42,861 nt of DNA from Lenisia limosa (Eukaryota > Protista > Breviatea), in assembly GCA_001655205.1 (NCBI GenBank), contig LPNZ01004383.1, positions 1 to 42,861 on the forward strand, read 5' to 3'. The notes under the pieces are model-generated. The model was not told the DNA's origin. It saw nothing but the letters and a program-made list of their open reading frames with translations, and searched no databases. Below, piece by piece: positions 34,646 to 42,861 of the stretch; position 1 is the stretch's first letter, and each line of letters opens with the position of its first letter. The position numbers were made by a program, and so were the translations under genes.

Positions 34646-36043
34646 TTACTCCGCGTCAGAACAATCTGAAAGCTCGCCCTTAACAATATCAACTTCTTCA
34701 TTATCTGAATCGGTCCCAGAATCTTCGTCAGAGAGAACAACCTCAGAGTCATTTTCTTCACCATTCTTCTCCAGAACCTCTTCCTTTTTCTCTTCTTCAA
34801 CCTCTTCCGTTTTCTCTTCTTCTTCTTCTTCAACCTCTTCCTTTTTCTTTTCTTCTTTCTTATCTTCAACCTCTTCCTTCTCATCATCAACTTGAACGTC
34901 TTCTTCATCATCAGAGTCCAGGTCAACTATGGGGTAAAAGTAGGCAACAAGGAAAAAAAAAAATTACCTGTGTGACATCATGTAAGGGAAATGGATGAAG
35001 ATGATGATGGTGTTCATTTGAGCAAGGATATTTGCACGTTGTACATATATATGACAGAAAAAGTCAAAATAATACAAAAAGAAATATATGTACTGTCATA
35101 TTATACTCAACAATGTGAGATAAGGTTCAAGAAAGTAGCCATCCTCTTACGGTCTTTAAAATACTCAGCATTTTCTTGAATGCACTCTTGCATCTTAATG
35201 AAAGGTTTCACGCAGTCACTACCCTGAACTGTGAAAACGTCAAAATGAGATAATCAAAGAGAGCATTCCATATCACAATATCATATCAATTACTGGGTCA
35301 TTTTTACACGAGTGAACTATCATTTTCAATGCAGTGATACGTTGCCTCATATCCACTCGTATGAAGTCTCAATCATATTTTTGATACACTCAAGATGGAC
35401 CTTTGCGCTACCTTCGCTCATTATTTCGACTCGAAAGTCGGTCATAAGATTATATCACTGGTAGATGTTGACAAATTATATATCAAGAAAAGGATAAAGG
35501 ATAGTGAGATGCCATACCATATAAGAAATGGTGTTTAACAAATTTCTCCAGAATAAGATGATAACAGTTATGATATAATTAGAGGGACCTAAAGAAGATA
35601 ATTACGATAAAAATAGAGTTATCTCTACCAGTAGAACAATCCGTTTTATTATCAGAAATACAAAAGAGAACAGAAGACAAAGACTGATATAAATCTGTTC
35701 CATAAAAACAAGGAAGTATGAAGATACCTTCATCTCTTCCTTGCTGTCAATGAAACACGAGAAAGCCTCCTTAAAGGACTCCACACAAGGACTCTTCATC
35801 ATATAGGCAATGCATGGGCAATCCCAGTCAATGTCCTCAGAAGTACCCCCCTAAAGTGTTAGCGACAAGCTTGCTACAGCACTTATTCCCATATATAAAC
35901 AAAATGCGCAGCTAGGATACCTCGGGAACAGCCTGGCTCATGTCGTAGTTCTCAACGTCTTCTTGTGAAGTCGGGTTCTTGGGTGTTTCTTCCGTTTCAG
36001 TACTTACTACTGGTGCATTTTCTGTTTTATTTTCTTCAGTCAT
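34646..36043 (-). CDS. MIA40: Mitochondrial intermembrane-space import oxidoreductase Mia40/CHCHD4, soluble type with an acidic tail
   Basis: IDWDCPC followed by a twin CX9C (CVESFKEAFSC; CVKPFIKMQEC) with the EEMKGSDC linker; 4 exons. Confidence 0.93.
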
Positions 36044-36330
36044 CTTTAAAGATTTTGTTTTTTTTCATTTTTTTTACTCCCTTTATAGAAGCGGAAGTCG
36101 GAAGTTCAGTTCATTTTCATTGCCATTATGTGTATTTGTCCTGTTTTGGTATTTGTATGCAACCTCCCCACCATACTTGCACTTGACTTGCTGACTTGCA
36201 CCCTTGCACCCCCACCATAGCAACCTAGCAACACCCTGAAAAACAGCGGATTACTTCTTGTTCTTTTTATTAAAGTGAAGTGATTGGAGTGAAATAATAG
36301 ACTGTATCAGAGCAACGTGTCTATTCGCGG

Positions 36331-36910
36331 ATGATTTTGAGTGTGGACCCTACGCTATCGGCGCTGGTTGCTGTTGACATTGATGGCGATGAGGATGTAC
36401 TGGTGCGTCTGAGAGGGTGAATTGTGCGAGGGGGGCACCACAAGAGTAACGTGGCGAGACCTACCCTTTGCTAGGTTTGAACATTGCATTGAGAGGGTTG
36501 AGACTGAGTCGCCGGGTTGACACTTCCGAAGTCGTATTTCCCTGGCGGTTACAGACAGTCTCAAATAAGGCTTCCCTACGGTCCAAAAAAGACCGTTTAA
36601 ATGTCGATATTTATCAAGGATTTATTGAGAAATTCAGTCTTTTTTGGGACCGTAGGGAAGCCCTAGTCACAAATGAATCGCCAAGCATACCCCGAGCGGT
36701 CTGAAGAACCCTGCAAGGCTGGTCATAGTGTTGCCAGTTTCCTTCCAGATGCTTGTGATGGGGTCAACGTCAGAGGGGTTAGGATTCAGTTTTTGTGAGA
36801 GCTGCATGGTCAATAATACACACCACCACCACCATCCCCAGAAGCCAACCGCGTCATTGAGCTTGAAGGCTGATACTGAGGTCATCGTGACGTTGAAGAA
36901 TTGGACCTAA
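36331..36910 (+). CDS. Small hypothetical spliced gene (~75 aa)
   Basis: Phase-compatible exons MILSVDPTLSALVAVDIDGDEDVLVRLRG|FEHCIER|AGHSVASFLPDACDGVN|KPTASLSLKADTEVIVTLKNWT*, divergent from Mia40. No firm family assignment. Confidence 0.35.
36568..36663 (+). mobile_element. ~95-bp MITE family, copy 2
   Basis: Perfect 16-bp TIR GGCTTCCCTACGGTCC/GGACCGTAGGGAAGCC extended by A6GAC/GTCT6, with TA flanks. Confidence 0.88.
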
Positions 36911-39900
36911 GCGGTGACTGGAATGGCATGTACACAGACTATGCAGCCAAAATCAACAACATACTGTTTTCAGAAAAATAACAATCCCCAACCTGTCCAT
37001 CTCTGTACACGTAGCCCCAACCTGTCCATCTCTGTACACGTAGCCCCAACCTGTCCATCTCTGTACCCGTAGCCCTAACCTGTCCATCTCTGTACACGTC
37101 ATTTTCTTTCACTGCTGAGAACCTTGAACAGTAAAAAAGACAACAAAAGCAAAGCCTCAGAGATAAATAATAGAAGCAATCCAAGACGTGGGGGCATACC
37201 TGAACGCTCCCCAAGCCCCAGTAGATGACTCAGTCGTGACGGCATGTGTGCTGTTCTTACCCAGCCCATCCAATATTGACCTGAGAAGTGAGACTGTGGT
37301 AAACAATGGATTAACACAAAGTGTCATAGGAAGCAAAACACCCACCTGTGTGCAATCACACCTCCTGCGCTTGCCTGATACAGGGCGTCTTTTGCATAAT
37401 GAACCCCGGACCCTAAAAACCGTCAGTTTCACACTTACAATACATTTTTGCCTACCCCAAAGAAGATAAGTTGGTCTAGCTACAGCCACCACTCCACCCA
37501 GGCACGCTGAATAGGCAAGGCCGATCCGAGCATTGAGAGAACACTCAACCCTGCAATGTGAGGAAAAAGAAGGCTTTTAGCATAGTATATCAGCCCCCCA
37601 AACGGCAATGCAATCGTGATTTCCTCCACAATGCCGAGTGCGTCATAAGAAAATTCCAATGCCGACTCGCTACAAAATGAGTGTCCCATGCTTCTCCATT
37701 GCATATCATACATTACTACTCTAATTTATGTACACTCTAAACAGTTTTCTCTCATAGTATGTTCAAAATTTATGTATGCCAACCACTATAAATGATACGA
37801 TTATCTACAGTCTTTCATACAATCTGATGAACCACCAACCATGGGTACTCTGATGTATGCGGTAATCCAGCAATGGCAATGAAAGTTACTCCTCGAGGCG
37901 GAAGCTAAATAATGAAAAAGGCACTAATCAAGAATTTTCAGATTGTTCCCCGCCCACCATTTTGAGGTGATGAAGTGAGGCTGATGTGTCAATGAGTGCT
38001 AAAAATGGTTAAGCCACTGCAAAGAGGAGACGCAAAGAATATATATTCTACCACATGAATCCAAGCCCAGGAGCAAACATGACATGTGCATGATGATTTT
38101 GGAGGATATTTGGGGAGGCTGTCTCTGGAGTGCGTTGATCACATGCAGAACTTCAATCTAAACAGTCAATTCTGTGACTCTTCAAAGAGGACCCACGTTG
38201 ACCACAGCCAGTTTGCAATGGTCGACACCCGAATGAAGAGGGGTGCTATTAAACACGCGTGCAGCACAATGGACGGGAAGAAGCCTGCGGAAGGGGGGTA
38301 AATTGTCAAGATTGATGGGTGGGATTATGACAAAAGAGACTTGCAGATGAGAGGGGGCATTTGACTGGTACACAAGAGAAGAGAAACACAATCCAAAAAT
38401 AGCAAGGTAATAAAAGCCTACGCTGAAAGAAGAATAGTGTTCTGATGGAGGTAGGCATTGAGCAGGGCCCTGTGAAGCCACTGCTGCCGAAGTCGTAGTT
38501 CCTTTCGCACACTCAGGGAAATGGTGATACCTGGAACGTCAACAAATCCGACAAGTAGTTCAAAAGCCTCCACCCACATATAGNNNNNNNNNNNNNNNNN
38601 NNNNNNNNNNNNNNNNNNNNNNNNNNNNNNNNNNNNNNNNNNNNNNNNNNNNNNNNNNNNNNNNNNNNNNNNNNNNNNNNNNNNNNNNNNNNNNNNNNTA
38701 CAACCTATGCAGTCAAATCAACGGCCAATTTGCCATCATCCATCAAGGATGCTTGGATGTTGAGCAGCTCAGCATCATGACCAAGTCCCTCATACTTGCA
38801 TGACTATGATCAGGCCGGATATAAGGAAGCTGTGAGGGACGCGGATGGGGGCAAAAAGAGATGAAGCTGTCAAAAGGAGGAACACACTACAGATTAGAAA
38901 AAAATGGGTCCAGTGAAACAATTAGCAGTGTCAATGCAGCCTTACATTGGAAGATCGAAAAAATAATTGCTGTCCAATTCCGGCCGTGCGGACAAGGGGT
39001 ACANNNNNNNNNNNNNNNNNNNNNNNNNNNNNNNNNNNNNNNNNNNNNNNNNNNNNNNNNNNNNNNNNNNNNNNNNNNNNNNNNNNNNNNNNNNNNNNNN
39101 NNNNNNNNNNNNNNNNNNNNNNNNNNNNNNNNNNNNNNNNNNNNNNNNNNNNNNNNNNNNNNNNNNNNNNNNNNNNNNNNNNNNNNNNNNNNNNNNNNNN
39201 NNNNNNNNNNNNNNNNNNNNNNNNNNNNNNNNNNNTTGAACAAGTCGCTGTTAGTCCGACTTGGACTGTCCGTCAAATACAGCGGGGTCTGAAAAGTCGG
39301 TGGAAAGAAATGATACCCTTGAAACTGAATAACTGGCTTACTGGGAATTGACTAACATCAGATAATGCTGATAGCCAACGTTTTCAAGACCATCAACCCA
39401 CCACAACAGCAAAGAGAATCACGGCAGAAAGGACCGTGGATTTACCACCACCCTTGGAAGCTAGCTCTTTTCTAAACAGCGGTTCTTGTAGAACGTTTTC
39501 TCCTTTCAGCGTAAAACGAGAGAAGAAAGAGAGATGATTGCAATAAGGCAAGACTAGAGGCCCACCCATGTAAGAGAGGGCTTTTGTAGGCGGCCACGGA
39601 GCCCATCCGCCAGCACTGCGCTGTGTCACACTGTCAATGGTGTAGGTCTTTGAGTCTCCCAGGTACTTCTCATACTGGTGCCGAGTTCTGTATGGTTAGT
39701 CCAAAATCGTGTATCCGTAAGGCTTCACTTCGGATCGGGAAAATATCGATAGTTTTCGAGAATTTATCGAGAATTTCAGTCTTTTTTTTTTGAGCCGAAG
39801 TGTAGCCCTAGTCTTCCGGGACCATAGTACCCGGCGAACTTATGTTTGTGCATCGATCCAGCGTTGAGAGTGGGCAGAGACGGCACAAGACTGTTTGTGC

Positions 39901-42660
39901 TCAGAGTACTGTACGTCCGCCCAATGGGATTGTTATTTGCGTGCAATGTGGATTGTGACCGCGAACTGATGGGTCGCTCCGTGATGGGCTGGAGGGTTAA
40001 AGGACGTGATCAACAAATATCAACACTGTAAAGGTGTTTCTTCAACCAAAATGAAGTAACAGTGAGTATACGGCTCAGCCCACCATGCGGGGAGAGAACC
40101 CGGCAATAATGCCCTGGTCGTCCACTACAGAGGCAATATCACCAGTTGATGAGGCGATGGAACTCCGTCGCGACGGGGCCAACGACGTTACCGACTTACG
40201 CCGAAGATCTATCATCGTAAGAGCATATTGCTTGAACCACGCGAGGAGTATCAATAAAAAATCCAAAAATGTGACCATTTTCAAAGTGGTCATACAGTAT
40301 CATATTATATCATATTATGTAGAAATAACAAGGTTGTATCGGGTCCATCAAATATCATATGATATATCAATTTGGAGAAATGCGAAGGAAATGGACGAGA
40401 AATTCACAGCTGTATTCTTTCCTCTCCCCACTCCTTGGGCTGTCAGGTGTGGTGAGCNNNNNNNNNNNNNNNNNNNNNNNNNNNNNNNNNNNNNNNNNNN
40501 NNNNNNNNNNNNNNNNNNNNNNNNNNNNNNNNNNNNNNNNNNNNNNNNNNNNNNNNNNNNNNNNNNNNNNNNNNNNNNNNNNNNNNNNNNNNNNNNNNNN
40601 NNNNNNNNNNNNNNNNNNNNNNNATAATCTGAAACTCCAGACACAAAAAACAAAAACCAAAAAACAAGCAATAACAAACAAGCAACCAACTGAAAAGATA
40701 AAAGCCAGATGACAAAAACACAAAAACAAAAACAAGCCCGAGCCAGCCTTTGAAGAGTCCCACCACCGCTCGATCACCCAAACGTACCTGTAAGGCGTTA
40801 AAAAAGTAAGGGAAATGTTAAAAAATCCGACTTATTAACGGCCACAACCCAATCATAACGCTTAGAGCCGTCCCAAGCATACGACCCCCGAGGGGATCAA
40901 ATCTAGATGGACAGAGCGCGGACCAGACCAGACTGCAGAAAAGAATCTCTACAGGTACGAACAATATGGTGTCAAGCAAACTGTGACTATTCTAAACTAA
41001 AGATATATTTAGGAACCACCAGATATTCATTTAGACAGAAAGAATAAAGAAAGGACAAGAAGAAGATTGAGAGCCTGAAATGAATTGGTTTAAACTAGTC
41101 CTAAGGGTTAGAGGGAGCGGGGAAACCTATAGGAGGTCAAGAGGGATATAAACAGATATTTATTGGAAAAGATATGGTGGGGATCGCACCAGTAGAATGA
41201 AGCTGTGTCGCAGACACAGAGTTTCGGAGGCTGCTATCAGTAAGAGAATTGCTGCCAGAATTGCTTCGCGTGATTACACGGTCGTGGCTCGATCTGAACA
41301 ATAAATTACCTGGACTGAAAGACTAGACAGAGCATCTACGTTGTCCCCAGTCGGCGCGGCATACAAAGTGGATTCGTCCAGGTAGTGAATCTGAAGGGTG
41401 AAATGAGACCGAGATTGGATGGAGAAAAAAAAATGAACAAAAAGGATTTTATAAAAGCTCTGTAAGTGGCCCATTATCAAGGTGCAACCCACTCGAGGAG
41501 TAGAAGACACGTTAGGGCTGGCTAAGTATGGGTCTTCAGTGCCTGAACAAACAGTAAACAAAGACAATGCATCTACAATCCCCCAACCCTTAATTGAAAA
41601 AAATACCATTTTACCATTACATTGAAAACTATATCGATATGTATAACTCTGTTTCCTAATGCACCAAAAAAGAAACTAAAAAAAAAAGCAGTGACCAAAC
41701 CCACTCTTTGAATGCCCCTTTGATTCTGCGACCTAAACCAGTCAACACAATGTAAGGCTTAGCAACTTCAACCCAGATCTAAAACGAAACACTATGAGAA
41801 AACAAAGAAGCCCCTTAAATACGTTATCAGGTCCCAACTCACCTCCACAGAATAAGCCAAAATTTTAGAACCAGTTGGAGACTCCACGACACCGCGATGC
41901 GTGAAGACAGCCCGTGCCGGACGCTGTACGGGTCAAGACCCAGGTAAAAATACCACCGACGTAATATGTAACATGCGAAGTAAGACTTCATTACGGTTAA
42001 AAAAAGACGGTAACGCATCACAACTATAAGTTCTTCCAACGAATTCCTTTCTGGAACATTGGGAAGCCCAAGACAGTGAAGTGGTCCAACCTTGTTAGCA
42101 GGGAGGCTTGTGAATGCTTCTAAGAACTGCTTGGTGGTGAAAACAAGTCCGGATGGACAGTACTCCACTAATGTCAAGGCAATAGGCACTGTTTCCCCGA
42201 GTGCAGCTTTGGTGGTTAGTAAAAAGCCGGGGATTGGATTGGGTAGATTATCAGAAAAATGTCTTCTGCTTCTCGCTAAATCCTCGATAACAACCAAGAC
42301 ACACCGAGTCTGACGGCCTTTCCCCCGATGATCACGCCAATAGCATGGCCGGTGTGGATGCCGAAGACCAGTTTGGCCCACGTGTGCGACTGAGTCAGCG
42401 CTCTAATGCGAATGGTAGCCTGTTGGGTCACGGAAGGGATGATTAATCCAGAATTCAATTTGTTATTTGNNNNNNNNNNNNNNNNNNNNNNNNNNNNNNN
42501 NNNNNNNNNNNNNNNNNNNNNNNNNNNNNNNNNNNNNNNNNNNNNNNNNNNNNNNNNNNNNNNNNNNNNNNNNNNNNNNNNNNNNNNNNNNNNNNNNNGA
42601 CGCTGGATGGGCAGAGCAGGGAATAGGCAAGCCGCTACAGATAACGATCGCATCAGAGTT
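36882..42660 (-). CDS. Transmembrane class III nucleotidyl-cyclase-like protein (C1a, long linker, TM cluster, C2a); 5' end beyond the window; catalytic residues degenerate
   Basis: C1a reads NSDAIVICSGLP, LVFGIHTGHAIGVIIGGKAVRLAALGETVPIALTL and FTHRGVVE. C2a reads KLLPVHCAARV, RGVTFIAIAGLP and ARIGLAYSACLGGVVAVARPTYLLWGSGVHYAKD. Hydrophobic exons lie between them (38.5-39.45 kb). Linker exons and the stop position are tentative. Confidence 0.75.
36986..37099. repeat. 29-bp tandem repeat, 4 copies (CCCCAACCTGTCCATCTCTGTACACGTAG)
   Basis: Units start at 36986, 37015, 37044 and 37073. Confidence 0.95.
39720..39808 (+). mobile_element. ~95-bp MITE family, copy 3 (intron of the cyclase-like gene)
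   Basis: AGGCTTCACTTCGG...CCGAAGTGTAGCCC with TA flanks. The internal TTATCGAGAATTTCAGTCTTTT motif is shared with copies 1 and 2. Confidence 0.8.
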
Positions 42661-42688
42661 CTGCAAAGGTAACAGCTACGCTATATGA

Positions 42689-42739
42689 TGAGGTATATCA
42701 GCATTTATTATGCTATATGATGTGACATATCAGCATTTG
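42689..42739. repeat. Short imperfect direct repeat (GCTATATGATGNNNNATATCAGCATTT, 2 copies)
   Basis: Two ~27-nt copies ~34 nt apart in an AT-rich intron. Confidence 0.5.
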
Positions 42740-42861
42740 TTAATGCGACCCCAATGTAGAGAACTAATATTCCCCTCTATCCTAGACTTTCCATTGTGGG
42801 GAAAGATAACAACCATTATTGTATTCTTACTATTACCACTCACTTCAACCCCCCCCCCCCC

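Noticed and set aside
35457-35630. 9-bp inverted repeat (ACTGGTAGA/TCTACCAGT) in a Mia40 intron as a MITE
   Set aside because: It is too short and has no target-site duplication.
36331-36910. Resemblance of the small gene to TFIIH p8/Tfb5 (LSVDPT..., DIDGDEDVLV)
   Set aside because: About 13 residues between the motifs are missing and the similarity is by eye only; an HMM search against PF06331 would be needed.
40400-41560. Possible third cyclase domain in the linker (IHYLDESTLY, SRFDPLGG, GVGRGKNT)
   Set aside because: The resemblance is weak and depends on choosing among several splice options. A Ser/Arg-rich C1b-type linker is simpler.
764-42598. N-runs and the X-containing ORFs that span them
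   Set aside because: These are scaffold gaps with no information, often next to G/C homopolymers that break assemblies.
1-42861. Alternative genetic code or stop-codon reassignment
   Set aside because: Conserved genes end in TAA, TAG or TGA, and in-frame stops occur only in sequences explained by GT-AG introns.

Overview
This is a gene-dense, intron-rich genomic scaffold segment from a microbial eukaryote, with short GT-AG introns, the standard genetic code and many N-gaps. It is not prokaryotic, so the six-frame ORF track mostly shows exon fragments or antisense shadows. All exon models below were assembled by eye. Recognisable genes, in order: a tandem two-domain cathepsin B (+), a large RasGAP ending in a CaaX box (-), a type II NADH dehydrogenase (+), a membrane-anchored multi-thioredoxin PDI (+), EI24 (-), eIF3a (-), Sas10/Utp3 (+), Mia40 (-), and a 5'-truncated transmembrane class III nucleotidyl-cyclase-like gene (-) whose catalytic residues look lost. 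Three orphan spliced genes are lower-confidence. Introns carry five MITE-like insertions from three families, a short repeat dispersed in three copies, and tandem duplications that straddle 5' splice sites. The most notable candidates are the pseudo-cyclase, the putatively prenylated RasGAP and the double-zymogen cathepsin B. The organism cannot be identified from the sequence alone.
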